A program made the translations under genes and the position numbers. A DNA stretch of 64,000 nt from an uncultured Nitrososphaerota archaeon (lineage in GTDB: Archaea; Thermoproteota; Nitrososphaeria; Nitrososphaerales; Gagatemarchaeaceae), in contig CAVRAG010000008.1 in NCBI GenBank assembly GCA_963718895.1, positions 608,001-672,000 on the forward strand, given 5' to 3'. The notes under the pieces are model-generated. The model was not told where the DNA came from. It did not search any database and saw only the letters and a list, made by a program, of their open reading frames with translations. The first letter of the stretch is position 1, and the number at the start of each line of letters is the position of its first letter. Below are positions 29,615 through 40,406 of this stretch, in pieces.

Positions 29615-29920
29615 TCAGCCTCCCAGTTTCTTCAGCTCGCTCACGTTGACATCGTCGTGCAGCCTGTAGGCGACGACGACTATGGCGAGGATCACGGCCG
29701 CTTCCGACGCGGCCAGGGCGATCGAGAAGAGGACTATGGTCTGGCCCAGCGCGTCGGGCCAGAGGAACCGGTTGAAGGCGACGAAGTTGATGTTCGCGGC
29801 GTTGATCAGCATCTCGACAGAGAAGACAAGGCGCATCGCGTTCTTCTTCGTCGCGAGGCCGTAGACGCCCACAGCGAAGAGGGCTGCGGAGACCATGAGG
29901 TAGTCTATCAGCGGGATCAT
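29615..29920 (-). CDS. nuoK: NADH-quinone oxidoreductase subunit K
   Basis: SVEMLINAANINF, LAASEAAV. Confidence 0.93.
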   Translation of the reverse strand: MIPLIDYLMVSAALFAVGVYGLATKKNAMRLVFSVEMLINAANINFVAFNRFLWPDALGQTIVLFSIALAASEAAVILAIVVVAYRLHDDVNVSELKKLGG

Positions 29921-30426
29921 GGTTCTCCCTTCCTCTCGACCTTCGCCAGCATCATGGCGCCGAGTATCCCTGCGGCGAGCACGAGCGCGAGGAGCTCCAG
30001 CGCAGGCGCGAACGGTCCGGCGATGAATCTGCCGATCCCGACGAAGGTCGGTGCGGTCGTCTGCTCCACCGCTCCCAGGAAGCTGGAAGCAACAAAGGCG
30101 AGTATCAGTGACGAGGCCAGAGCGAGAGCAGTCAGGAGGCCGATGACCTGCTGCCAAGAGCCGAGGGAGTCGCGCATCCACCTGCCTTCTCGGACCAGCA
30201 TGACCGTGAAGAGGATCAGGACCGCGACCGCGCCGATGTAGACCGTTATCTGGAAGACCGCCACGAACGGCGCGTCGAGCAGGAAGAAGATCCCGGCGAC
30301 ACCGAAGAAGCTGAACGCCAGCCCGATCGCCCCGTAGACGATTTCGCGCGCTTCGAGCGCTGTGATCGCGCCGCCGATAGTCGCCACGATCATGGCGAAG
30401 AAGGTTATCTCGGTGAGGTCAACCAT
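29917..30426 (-). CDS. nuoJ: NADH-quinone oxidoreductase subunit J
   Basis: LDAPFVAVFQITVYIGAVAVLILFTVML. Confidence 0.93.
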   Translation of the reverse strand: MVDLTEITFFAMIVATIGGAITALEAREIVYGAIGLAFSFFGVAGIFFLLDAPFVAVFQITVYIGAVAVLILFTVMLVREGRWMRDSLGSWQQVIGLLTALALASSLILAFVASSFLGAVEQTTAPTFVGIGRFIAGPFAPALELLALVLAAGILGAMMLAKVERKGEP

Positions 30427-32030
30427 GGGTCACGTTCCCCTTCTTGGGGTCGATCTTCGCCTTGTATGTCCCCGTAGGCCTCGGCGGGCGGAAGAGCATC
30501 TCGGGAGTATACTTGAGGCTCGCTCTGTCGTAGGCTGCCATTTCGTAGTGGTTGGTCATCACCGAGCGCGTCAAAAGGACAGGCGTCGACGCAGTTTGAT
30601 GTCGCCAAGCCCAATGGCGCGAATGTATGGTCTTCCTGCACGGTCACGTCCATCACCCGATAGTTAGCGACGTCAAGTCGTTCGATTCTCCTAATCGGTA
30701 GATACACGTAATCACACGTCAAATGGAATTTGTCGACAAACTTCGTCGGATGGTAATCGAATTCTACTTTCCACAAGTTGGCTAAACGAACAGCCCACCT
30801 ACCAAATGCATTAACATGATAGGATGGCAATCTTTCCTCTTGGTCCTCGCGCTCAATCAAGCCAACTATTCCCAGCATGGCCAAGATAGACTGCTCTTGA
30901 AATGCGAGAACTCTGGATGAGGTTCTGAAGTTGATGTATTTTTGCCGAGGTTGCTGAACCCTGCAACCATCTCCCAACCATATTCCTTTCATCAGCTCAA
31001 GGAGTTTGGATCGTTCGGAGTGGAAGACCCAATCTGTAATCTTCTTGTTTTCTGCTCCTCTTCCAAACTGTGAAAAGAACTTAACGGCCAACACGGAATG
31101 CAGGACTACGTTTACTCGATTGCCTCCAAGGTGGGCCACCGTGCATCCCTTTCCGAAGAATTCCTTTGAGAGCGAATCGATATCCTTTGAAATGGTCGTT
31201 TCGTTCTTGTGTAGACTAAATCGAACAGAATACTCGTCACAAGAACCTTCTGCGATAAAGTATCCAATCAGCCTGAAAAGATTCTGATTCGCCTCCAGTA
31301 CAAGGTGCTTCGTTCTATTTCCCGGACCAAATGGAATGTCCGCTTCGTATCTATCGACACCGACCGTCTTCTTCACAATCGGGTTGACAAGGTAATCTCC
31401 CGCCTTGAGGCCCTCTGGTAGAATCATGAGGAGAGGCTCCAGTGTCTTTAGTAGCCTTCCATCTTTGCGATTCCCACGGGGTCGAGAGACGGCTAAGATC
31501 CTATGATCTTTGGTACATACGAGAGGTTCGGGCTTCCCATAAACGTAGATCTTGTAGAGCGGTCCTGTGTACGTCATGTCCCAGACCTTGGTCACCGGCT
31601 TGTAAGTTCCAGCATGGGTCAGAACCATCTGTCCGACTTGTATCTGACTTATAGGAGTAAAGCCGAGATTTGTTTGAACGTATGTCTCAGAATCTACGCA
31701 TAATCCGCAGTACACACATCTCCCGTAGTCAACCGCGGGCCAGATGTTCTTCTTGTTGTGCGGCCGGTCGAGCTTGACCTCCTGCATCTCTATCGCCACG
31801 GCGATGCCGTCGCAGGCTATGGCGCAGAGCTGGCAGCCCGTGCACTTGTCTTCTATGAGGAGGTGCCGTCCCTTGAAGCCTGGCCTGCCTGTTCCCGACT
31901 TGGCGTCGAACTGGTAACCGGGACCTTCGAGGTCGAGCTTCTGCTCGGGGTAGCGTAGGGTCATCCTCGGCTTGAAGAGGTGCCTCACACCCGACCAGAA
32001 GGAGACGATGCCCGCCTTGAGAGAGCTCAG
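30419..32030 (-). CDS. nuoI: NADH-quinone oxidoreductase subunit I, intein-containing; frameshift near 30563; start uncertain (CTG 32030 or GTG 31988)
   Basis: TLRYPE, CTGCQLCAIAC, CVYCGL|intein|CVDACP; shifted frame gives VMTNHYEMA.. Confidence 0.9.
30594..31700 (-). mobile_element. Intein (369 aa) with LAGLIDADG endonuclease in nuoI
   Basis: C1 CVDSET, CTKDHRI block B, LIGYFIAEG, LMKGIWLGDG, ends ATSN|C; lower GC. Confidence 0.92.
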
Positions 32031-32042
32031 GAAAGGCGCAGC

Positions 32043-33239
32043 TCAGACGCCTCCCATGTGGTAGAGCCCCAGGGAGACGACCAGCAGCGCCATGAACAGG
32101 TTCGCGAAGCTAAGCACCATCAGTCTGGACCAGCCCCCGCGCAGGAGTGTGTCTATCCTTACCCTCGGAAGCACGCCCCTTGGGAGCATCATGAGCAGCA
32201 TCACGATGAACGTCTTCAGGACGAACCAGAACGCCGGAGGGATGGGCCCGGGCCCGTACCACCCGCCGAGGAAGAAAGCGGTGAAGACCCCAGCGAGAGC
32301 GTAGAACTTGATGTAGGTGGCGAGCTGGAAGATGCCGAAGGTCATCCCCGAGTACTCGGTCTGCCAGCCTGCGACGAGCTCGGAGTCAGCCTCTGGGAGG
32401 TCGAAAGGTATCCTCTCGAGCTCTGCAAGGACAGCTATGAAGAAGACGATTGCGCCCAGTGGTTGCAGGAGGATGAACCAGACGCTGCTCTGCGCCTCCA
32501 CGACGCCCAGGAGGCTCAGGGAGCCCGAGAGGACGACGACGCCCAGCGCCGAGATGATCATCGGGATCTCGTAGGCCACCATCTGGTGGAGGGCCCTCAG
32601 TCCTCCTAACAGCGAGTACTTGTTGTTGCTCGCCCAGCCGGCCAGGAGCGCGATTATCGGACTGAACCCGATCAGCCCGAAGACGAAGACCACGCCGACC
32701 GAGGGGTTGGCGATGTAGGTCGAAGGACCGACCGGTACTAGCGCCAGGAGGGCGCCCGAGACGAACATCAAGGCCAGAGGGACGGCCAGGAAGACTCTCT
32801 TGTCTGCCTTGTCGGGCACTATGATCTCCTTGAAGAGGAGCTTGAAGAGGTCGGCGAAGTTCTGCAGGACTCCTTCGTATCTTCCGGCGTACTGCGGGCC
32901 CACCCGGAGCTGCATCTTGGCGACGAACTTCCTCTCCACCCAGATCATGAACACCGTCGAGAAGACCGCAGCAAAGGTGAACCCCGGGAAGGTCGTGAAC
33001 ATGAAGAGGCTCTTGGTCGGTTCGCTCTGGGTCGTCTGCATGAGGTAGGTCATCAGGCCCTGCGGGTCGGTCACCGAGACAGCGATGACGTGCAGGAGGT
33101 CAATCCCGAGGAAGAACCTCAGGATGAAGTACGCCGGTATCGATGCGATTCCTATCAGAAGGACGACCCATGGGATGAGAAGAAGGACGTGCTTCACAAA
33201 CCCCCGAAAGGTTGTGATTGTCTTTGGCACGTCACGCAA
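32043..33239 (-). CDS. nuoH: NADH-quinone oxidoreductase subunit H
   Basis: ERKFVAKMQLRVGP, NNKYSLLGGLR, RIPFDLPEADSELVAG. Confidence 0.95.
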   Translation of the reverse strand: MRDVPKTITTFRGFVKHVLLLIPWVVLLIGIASIPAYFILRFFLGIDLLHVIAVSVTDPQGLMTYLMQTTQSEPTKSLFMFTTFPGFTFAAVFSTVFMIWVERKFVAKMQLRVGPQYAGRYEGVLQNFADLFKLLFKEIIVPDKADKRVFLAVPLALMFVSGALLALVPVGPSTYIANPSVGVVFVFGLIGFSPIIALLAGWASNNKYSLLGGLRALHQMVAYEIPMIISALGVVVLSGSLSLLGVVEAQSSVWFILLQPLGAIVFFIAVLAELERIPFDLPEADSELVAGWQTEYSGMTFGIFQLATYIKFYALAGVFTAFFLGGWYGPGPIPPAFWFVLKTFIVMLLMMLPRGVLPRVRIDTLLRGGWSRLMVLSFANLFMALLVVSLGLYHMGGV

Positions 33240-33300
33240 CCAATAGGCGACGCGAAGCCTTAGTTTATTTGAACCTTGTCATTGAAGAGCGCGGGTTCTG

Positions 33301-34956
33301 CTATGCGAGGCCGGCGGCGTACTCCTCAAGCCTCTGCCTGTAGACGCTCCGCGGCGGGAAGCCCATCCCCGTCAGGTATGTGGAGAACTTCACCCTCTTC
33401 TTGGGATCGGTGAGCCTCTCCTCGATTTCCCTTATCTCCTCGCCCACGACCGCGTAGCACGTGGCGTATCCGGGGAACATACCCTCGTGTGCGGGGAAGA
33501 GGTTGTAGTACATGTCCCTGCGAGGGACGGTGGTGTACTTCAGGGCCCAGTCCAGGAACTCAAAGAGGCCCTGCTTGTTGGTGTTTATCCTGACGTCGCC
33601 TACGACCCTCAGGAACCTTATCAGCCTGAACTTGCGGGTTCCGAGCTCGATCTCCATGTTAAGCAGGTCGAACCCGCCATGCTTCTCCAGGAGAGCCACG
33701 TAGCTCTTCTCAGCTTTGGTGAGAGTCGGTTTGCCCTTCAGCGCGAGCGAGGCTTCCAGGAACTCCCTCTCCCGGTTGAACGAGAGCCCCTCGGTGATCG
33801 GTCCGGAGAGCAGAGTGGGCAGCAGTTCGAGCTCGGTCGCCTTCCCGCCGAATCTGAACGCGCTGTTCGAGTGGTTGACGCAGTGCCCGTACTCTTCGTG
33901 GACCAGGAGATTGATGAGCTGGGAGACGGACTTGGCGGGGTTGCGCTTGGGGTCGGTCGTTAGGTAGTAGAGCTGGAACGGCTTCTTGGTGAAAGTGTCG
34001 AAGAACCCCGCAGCACCGGTGGGAAGCGTCGCCGAGAGGAAAGGCGGCGTCTCGATCACCTTGGTCCTGTAACGCTTGTTTATCTTCACCACCGACTCGT
34101 TCGCAAACTCCTGTATAACCCGACGTAGCGAGTTGGTCGTCCGGAGAAGGTGCTCCGGCTTGAGCTGTTGTCTCTCGACGACCTTCCTCTCGACTGCCTC
34201 GGGCGTAGCGTCGCATTTGTAGTATTTCGCCAACCGGTTCACCACGTCTCTGTACCTGGGGAGCTCCTCGTCGATCCACCCGAGGGCTTTCTGCTCGAGC
34301 TCGTCCGGAGTCTCGCTGTAGTCGAACCCTCCCTCGAGGGCGACGCGATAGAACTTCTCCCTGCCGAGCGAGAACTTCTGCTTCTGGAACACCTTCTCCA
34401 CCTCCTCGAAGGTGCCAGACCCGAAACCCTCAAGCTCGAAGAGCGTGACGAACTTCCTGACCTTCTCGGCGAGGCGGTCGCAGTCCTCCTTCAGCTTCTT
34501 GCTCTTGGTCGAGCGCTTCACGGAGTCGAGGATCTCGAGCACGCCGTCAAGCCTGTACAAGGTGAGCGCCTTCACGGCCGTCGGAACCTTTGCGCCCCTG
34601 AATCTCTTCTGAGAGACATCGATAGCCTTCGAGGCTCCAGAGATAAGCGCGGTGAGGTTCTTCTCGTTCACGCCCTCTTTGGTGAGGTGGGCGAACATCG
34701 CGCCCACTATGTCGTCCAGTATGGCCTGAGGCTCAGGGAAGAGGAGCGTGACCTCCATGCTGTCGAGGGCCTTCGCCTGCACGTCGTTCTCGGCGCGCCG
34801 CCTGAGCGCCCGCACCCTCTGCAGGGCGTCCTTGATGTTCTGGTCACTGGGCAGGAACAGCCTCCCGGCATAGCCGTCCCATCCCAGGATGTAGGCCCCC
34901 GACGGGCTCAGGTCCTTCCAGAGTTCCACTATGTCGGCGTCCAGGGACTTGTACAA
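33301..34956 (-). CDS. DUF885-like putative zinc metallopeptidase
   Basis: LVHEEYGH, TEGLSF, PGYATCYAVVG. Confidence 0.65.
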   Translation of the reverse strand: MYKSLDADIVELWKDLSPSGAYILGWDGYAGRLFLPSDQNIKDALQRVRALRRRAENDVQAKALDSMEVTLLFPEPQAILDDIVGAMFAHLTKEGVNEKNLTALISGASKAIDVSQKRFRGAKVPTAVKALTLYRLDGVLEILDSVKRSTKSKKLKEDCDRLAEKVRKFVTLFELEGFGSGTFEEVEKVFQKQKFSLGREKFYRVALEGGFDYSETPDELEQKALGWIDEELPRYRDVVNRLAKYYKCDATPEAVERKVVERQQLKPEHLLRTTNSLRRVIQEFANESVVKINKRYRTKVIETPPFLSATLPTGAAGFFDTFTKKPFQLYYLTTDPKRNPAKSVSQLINLLVHEEYGHCVNHSNSAFRFGGKATELELLPTLLSGPITEGLSFNREREFLEASLALKGKPTLTKAEKSYVALLEKHGGFDLLNMEIELGTRKFRLIRFLRVVGDVRINTNKQGLFEFLDWALKYTTVPRRDMYYNLFPAHEGMFPGYATCYAVVGEEIREIEERLTDPKKRVKFSTYLTGMGFPPRSVYRQRLEEYAAGLA

Positions 34957-34957
34957 G

Positions 34958-36427
34958 CTACTCCGCCACCTCTATGGGCTTGAAGCGCTCCGTCGTCTCG
35001 TCTATCTCCGCCAGGAGCGTCTTCTGCCAGCCGACGAAACCAGCCGGGGTCGTGGGGTAGGCCAGGTTGTGTTGCACGAGCGTCTGGCTCTTCTTGGCGG
35101 TGTACCTGAGCCCCTTGGCGAGGTCGTACTCGCTCAGCGCCCTGAGGAGGAGGATGGGGTTGACCATCTGGGTCCTGTTGAACTCCGGATGACGTCTCTC
35201 GCTTATCGCCCTTACGTCTTCCTCCGAAAGGAAGTGCTTCATCCCGTAGTTAATCTGTTCGTTCGTGAGCGTCTGGAGGTATCTCCTGAGAACTTCGAAG
35301 CTGGCCATCTGGTAGCCGTGAGTCGTCATGTACTCGACGTTGTACGCCCAGAGCGATTCCTGGCTGTAGTCCTTCGCCTCGAGGGCGTGGGCAACGACCT
35401 TTCCGAGGATCACGCCCGCGTACATCGACGGGCCTATCCCTCCTGCGTCGAGCGGCCTGGGGAGCCAAGCCGCGTCGCCGACCACCGCGAACCCGTTCGC
35501 GACCATGCAGTCGTTGTGCCTCCTGACCGGGACCTGCCAGTTCCCCTTAGAATTGCCGTCGAACTCAGGACCGGTGGCCAGCCGCCAGGTCTTGATGGCA
35601 GGATTGTCCTTCACGTACTTGTCTATGAGACTCTGGAGGTTATCGTTAAGCTTGAACTTCTTGTTGCGGCGGGAGAGGCCGGACTTTGAGACCCCCAGCC
35701 CTATGTTGACCCTGCTCTTCCCTTTCGGAAAAACCCAGGCGTATCCAGCCGGTGCTATGAACTGGTCTAGATGGATCAGGCAGTAGTCGGGGGTGAAGAA
35801 CGTCTCGTCTTGCTTTCCTTGGTCGAAATCGAGGATGTATCGGCCCGTCGCCTCGATGTCGTCCATGTCTATCTCCTTCTCGATGTAGCTCTCTATCGGC
35901 AGAAACTTCCTGAGGACCGAAGAGGAGCCCGTCGCGTCGACCACGATCTTGGCGGTCGCCTTGAAGGGCGTCCCGTCGTCCGCCCGGCCCGTGACGCCGG
36001 TGACGTACCCGTCCTCGGATAGGAGCCTCTCCGCGGTCAGGTTGAACTTGAACTCCACGTCGAAGCTCCTCGCGTCCCGCACCTGCCTCTGGGGGAGAAT
36101 CTTCCTGTTCAGGATGTAGCCTTCGCCTTCGAACCTGACCTTGGTCTTGTGGTCAGGGGAGTAGACCAGCACTCCCTTGACCGGATGTTCAAGCTCGGGC
36201 GATTCGTATTTGATCCCGATATTCTTCTCTAGGAACCGAAGGCTGTTCAGGCTAGTTGCGTCCCCGCACGTCCAGCCGTTGTTCGTCTTCTTTCCAGCCT
36301 CCTCGGGCGGGTTCCTGTCCATCACCAGGATTCTCGCCGTCTTCTTGGAGTAAAAACCGATAGCAGACGCAGTGATCAGCCCCGCCATGCCGCCGCCTGC
36401 GATTATGACGTCATAGTCGGTCTTCAA
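34958..36427 (-). CDS. Geranylgeranyl reductase family flavoprotein
   Basis: GGGMAG, DATG, GYAWVFPKG, VGDAA..PLDAGGI. Confidence 0.88.
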   Translation of the reverse strand: MKTDYDVIIAGGGMAGLITASAIGFYSKKTARILVMDRNPPEEAGKKTNNGWTCGDATSLNSLRFLEKNIGIKYESPELEHPVKGVLVYSPDHKTKVRFEGEGYILNRKILPQRQVRDARSFDVEFKFNLTAERLLSEDGYVTGVTGRADDGTPFKATAKIVVDATGSSSVLRKFLPIESYIEKEIDMDDIEATGRYILDFDQGKQDETFFTPDYCLIHLDQFIAPAGYAWVFPKGKSRVNIGLGVSKSGLSRRNKKFKLNDNLQSLIDKYVKDNPAIKTWRLATGPEFDGNSKGNWQVPVRRHNDCMVANGFAVVGDAAWLPRPLDAGGIGPSMYAGVILGKVVAHALEAKDYSQESLWAYNVEYMTTHGYQMASFEVLRRYLQTLTNEQINYGMKHFLSEEDVRAISERRHPEFNRTQMVNPILLLRALSEYDLAKGLRYTAKKSQTLVQHNLAYPTTPAGFVGWQKTLLAEIDETTERFKPIEVAE

Positions 36428-36666
36428 ACGTCACGACCCTCTCGGTTCCGCTTAAAAAGGCAAGCATGAGGGAGATGGGTTGTTTCAGGCCCAAGCGGAA
36501 GCTCGGTCACGACGCGATGCCTGCCCCCGGGCACCTTGAGACATCCTGTGGATGTCTGCCTCGTCCTCGACTGAGCGGTCGAGGCCCGACGCAACTAACA
36601 TCCGGTGATTATTCGAAGTGCACTGAGTATAAGTTAGCAGGGCAGGCGAACCTCCTCTGAAGCAAG

Positions 36667-37659
36667 ATGACCAGGACCATTGAAACGGAAGGTCTGACAA
36701 AGGTATACCCACCGTCGTTCCGGGCGGTCGACGGAATCTCATTCAGTGTTGAGAAAGGCGAGATCTTCGGCTTTCTTGGCCCGAACGGCGCTGGAAAGAC
36801 CACGACCATCAAGATGCTCACGACCCTCGCCTCGATAAGCGAGGGGAGGTGCAGAGTGGCCGGGTTCGACGTCCAGAAGGACACAGACGAGGTCCGGAGG
36901 AAGATCGGGCTCGTGCCTCAGGACGCAGCCGCCGACGGCGACCTGACTGGAATGGAGAACCTCCTGCTGAGCGCAAAACTGTACAGGGTCCCAGACCAGA
37001 CGGCGAAGGAGAAGGCCAAGGAGTTGATCGCCCTGGTAGGGCTCGAGGAGGCCGCGGGAAGGCTGGCGAGGACCTACTCCGGTGGGATGAGAAAGAGGCT
37101 TGAGCTGATCTCCGGACTGATCAACGAGCCCGAGGTTCTCTTCCTCGACGAACCGACGCTCGGGCTCGACATCCAGACGAGGAAGGCGATGTGGGATTAC
37201 ATCCGCGGCATCAACCGCGAGAGGAGGATGACGATCTTTCTGACCACTCACTACCTCGAGGAGGCAGACTCCCTGTGTGACCGGGTGGCCATAATCGACC
37301 ATGGGCAGCTCAAGGTCTCGGGTTCGCCAAAGGAGCTCGAATCGAAGCTGGGTGGAGATGCTCTCCAGATCCAGGTACCAGAGGGACCGGACCTGACCGG
37401 TGCGCTCACATCGATGGCCGGCGTGAGCGAAGTCGTCCGGTCTGGTTCCACCTACACACTCAGGATGCCGAACAACGGGTCCTCTGTCCAGGACGTCTTC
37501 GGTGGCCTCTCGAGGATGGGCGTGAGGGTGGTCGATACCAGGCTGACGAAGGCAAGCCTGGAAGAGGTCTTCCTCAGTGTCACGGGCCGCTCGATCCGGG
37601 ATGAGGTCGTCAACCCGGCGAGCGCGTTCGCAGTTCAGGCCAAGGCGAGGGGGCGCTAG
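36667..37659 (+). CDS. ABC exporter ATP-binding protein (DrrA-like)
   Basis: GPNGAGKTT, YSGGM, FLDEPT. Confidence 0.93.
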   Translation: MTRTIETEGLTKVYPPSFRAVDGISFSVEKGEIFGFLGPNGAGKTTTIKMLTTLASISEGRCRVAGFDVQKDTDEVRRKIGLVPQDAAADGDLTGMENLLLSAKLYRVPDQTAKEKAKELIALVGLEEAAGRLARTYSGGMRKRLELISGLINEPEVLFLDEPTLGLDIQTRKAMWDYIRGINRERRMTIFLTTHYLEEADSLCDRVAIIDHGQLKVSGSPKELESKLGGDALQIQVPEGPDLTGALTSMAGVSEVVRSGSTYTLRMPNNGSSVQDVFGGLSRMGVRVVDTRLTKASLEEVFLSVTGRSIRDEVVNPASAFAVQAKARGR

Positions 37660-37661
37660 AC

Positions 37662-38489
37662 TTGATCTCCGAGACCTGGCAGCTCGTGATCCGGGACCTG
37701 AAGAAGTGGTATCGGACCCCCGCATGGATGGCCGCATCCCTGGTGCAGCCGGTACTATGGCTGGCCCTCTTCGGCAACGCCTTCAATCTTGCGAGCATGG
37801 TACCTGGAGGAGCGGGTGTGAAGGCCCTGATGCTGGCGGACTTCGGGGGCGCGGCCAACTACATCACCTTCCTCACCGGAGGCATGCTCTGCTTCCTGGT
37901 GGTCACAGGCGCGATGTGGGCCGGAGGGCCTCTGGTGATGGACAGGTCCCTCGGATACCTGAACAAGCTCCTGGCGACGCCCATCCCGCGGACGGCGCTG
38001 ACCCTCTCGCTTCTAGTCTCGAACATCATTAAGGGGCTCATCATGTCGGCCATCCTGCTGCTCGTGGCTCTCGTCCTTCCGGGAGGGCTCGTCCTCGGCG
38101 CGAGCTTCGGCGTGCTGGACCTCCTGGGAGTCTTCTCGACCCTCGTCCTGCTATCGGTGGGCTTCCTCTGGCTCTTCATGTTGGTGGCGGTAAGGGCCAC
38201 AAAGTTCGAGACGCTGGCGGCGATCGGCAGCACGCTCGGCCTCCCTCTGCTCTTCGCAAGCAGCGCCCTGCTCCCGGTCGCCTCAATGCCAGGTTGGCTC
38301 CGCTCGGTCGCAGACATCAACCCGATCTCGAAGGCGGCTGACGCAATCAGATATCTCATCATACAGGGGACGCTGAACGGCTCGGCAGTCACCGCGGTCA
38401 CGAACGACCTCCTCTACCTCGGAGCCTTCGCAGCTGCCTGTACGGCCATCGGCGTCTACGCGTCGCGGCACGGACTGCGCATGGAGTGA
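37662..38489 (+). CDS. ABC-2 permease
   Basis: LVQPVLWL, PGWL..INP; six TM helices. Confidence 0.9.
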   Translation: MISETWQLVIRDLKKWYRTPAWMAASLVQPVLWLALFGNAFNLASMVPGGAGVKALMLADFGGAANYITFLTGGMLCFLVVTGAMWAGGPLVMDRSLGYLNKLLATPIPRTALTLSLLVSNIIKGLIMSAILLLVALVLPGGLVLGASFGVLDLLGVFSTLVLLSVGFLWLFMLVAVRATKFETLAAIGSTLGLPLLFASSALLPVASMPGWLRSVADINPISKAADAIRYLIIQGTLNGSAVTAVTNDLLYLGAFAAACTAIGVYASRHGLRME

Positions 38490-38617
38490 CGAGGCATGAA
38501 TCCAGGCAACGCGCCGGCTCCGGTCGTGGACCCGGTTCGAGTCCCCCAGTGGGACATCTGTGGGGCGCTAACGCGAAGTGAGCGAACCTTATACGAAGGG
38601 GGGAGCAGGTGGTGCTA

Positions 38618-39861
38618 ATGACAGACCAGGTCGTGAAGCGCGGCGAGACGGTCAAGCTGGGACGCGTCGAAGGAGACCTGCACGTCGGTCGCAAGGCCAC
38701 GATCAAGGCAGATTCGGGCGGGAAGGTCGTCGTGACGGGAGACATCGTCTTCGACGGGGGCGCGACGGTCGACTGCTCTCTCGAGTGCAACGCAGTCGAC
38801 GTGAGGGCTGCCCCTCACACTGGTGGGACGATCGAAGATCGGAGGCAACCTCACAGTCCACCAGACGGTGGACGTGGCTGACTCCTTGGAGGTGGTGGGG
38901 ACGTCCTCGGCGGAGGACATAGATGTCGGCGGTCACTTCGGGACCGCCTCGGTCGTCGCAAAGCGCGTCCGCGTCGGCGGTCATCTCAGGGTCAAGGAGT
39001 CCCTTGAAGCAGACATCGTCGACGTGGCGGGTCACCTCTCAGCGCTGGGGAAGGTCAAGGTTGTTGACCTCTATGTCGGGGGACACGCAGAAGTCGGAGG
39101 AGGGGCCATAAGCGGCAGCATCCAGGTGCGCGGTCATATCGAGGCGATATCGAGCCTCGAGTACGGCCAGCTCCAGACTTTCGGGCACGTCTCCCTCCCT
39201 GCCAACAGCAGGGGTGACCGTTTGTCCGTGCTGGGCAGGGTGGAGCTCGGAAGGGGTTCTTCGTGCAGGGTGATAGAAGTGAAGGGAGTGGCTGAAGCGA
39301 AGGGCGACCTGAGCTGCGACGAGGTCGATGTCTCGGGCAAGCTTCGCGTCTCGGGATCCCTGAAGGTGACGAAGGAACTCAAGGTCCTCGGGCTGTCGGA
39401 AGTCGAGGGGCGCGTGGACTGTCAGAAGCTCACTCTGGAGGGAAGACTTAACGCCGACAAAGTCTTCGCCGTCGAAGCCGACATCAGCGGCGAGCTGAGC
39501 ACCTCCGGCGGGATGAGGGCCAGCACGATAACCGTGAGAAGGGGCGCGAAGGTGACTGGTCTCTTGGTCGGGGACTCGGTCGAGGTCGGCGAAAAACCGG
39601 GTTTTGGGCAGTGGCCCTCCGTCTGGTCGGACGTTCGGCAGAGGATCGGGCAGATGACGAACGTGGAGGACGTGTACGGGCGGACAGTCACTGTAGGCAG
39701 CTACTCGCAGGCGAAGAGAGTGTTCGCAGAAGAAGTACGGATGGAGGCCGGGAGCGTGGCCAACCAGGTGACGTACACCAAGGACCTCAAATTGGCGCCG
39801 AGGAACTACCTGCACCAACCGCCACAGAAAACGGCGAAGCTGCCAGATCCACCGATTCTAG
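38618..39861 (+). CDS. Bactofilin-like beta-helical repeat protein (frameshifts near 38833 and 39854)
   Basis: Val/Gly-rich repeats (VGGH, VxG) continuous across ORFs 38609 and 38823. Confidence 0.65.
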
Positions 39862-39889
39862 GATGTGTTGGTGGTGAGAGGGGGCGCCG

Positions 39890-40177
39890 ATGGGCCGTAG
39901 GAGCGCCAAGAGGTCGAAGGTGGACATCTACGCCGAGGTCCTCGAGGTCATTACGCGGTATCCGGAGGGAGTCAGGATAACCAGGCTGTCGTACGGCGTC
40001 GGCGTCCCGGTCGACAGGCTCAAGAAAATGGTAGAGGCCCTGTGCTCGAACGGGCTGGTCAGAAAGTCGACGAACGAAGACGATGTCGCCTACGGCGCAA
40101 CTTCGCGTGGTTTGGAGTTTCTAGAGACCTACTGGAAGATGAAGAGTTTCTTCGAAATCCTTGGTGGGGCTCCGTGA
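39890..40177 (+). CDS. Archaeal winged-helix transcriptional regulator
   Basis: RSKVDIYAEVL..ITRLSY..TSRGLEFL. Confidence 0.85.
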   Translation: MGRRSAKRSKVDIYAEVLEVITRYPEGVRITRLSYGVGVPVDRLKKMVEALCSNGLVRKSTNEDDVAYGATSRGLEFLETYWKMKSFFEILGGAP

Positions 40178-40406
40178 CACGACATCTCTGGTCCACCGGG
40201 ACCTGCTCCCATTTGGAGCCCCGCCGCTCATCCTGAGCTGACCCAGACCGGTTCTCCCGGCTTCCAGGCTAGCCCACCCTCCTCATGAGAGCGCTCGTCG
40301 CTACCACACCTGCCTGAAATCAGAATCCTCTGCTGGCCGCCTCGGGAAGACAGAGAGGACTGGCAGTGCACAAGGCGTTTATACCCGCAGGCGTCATTCC
40401 AGCCAA

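Noticed and set aside
38520-38560. GGTTCGAGTCCC T-loop-like motif
   Set aside because: No acceptor or anticodon arm and no matching repeat in the window
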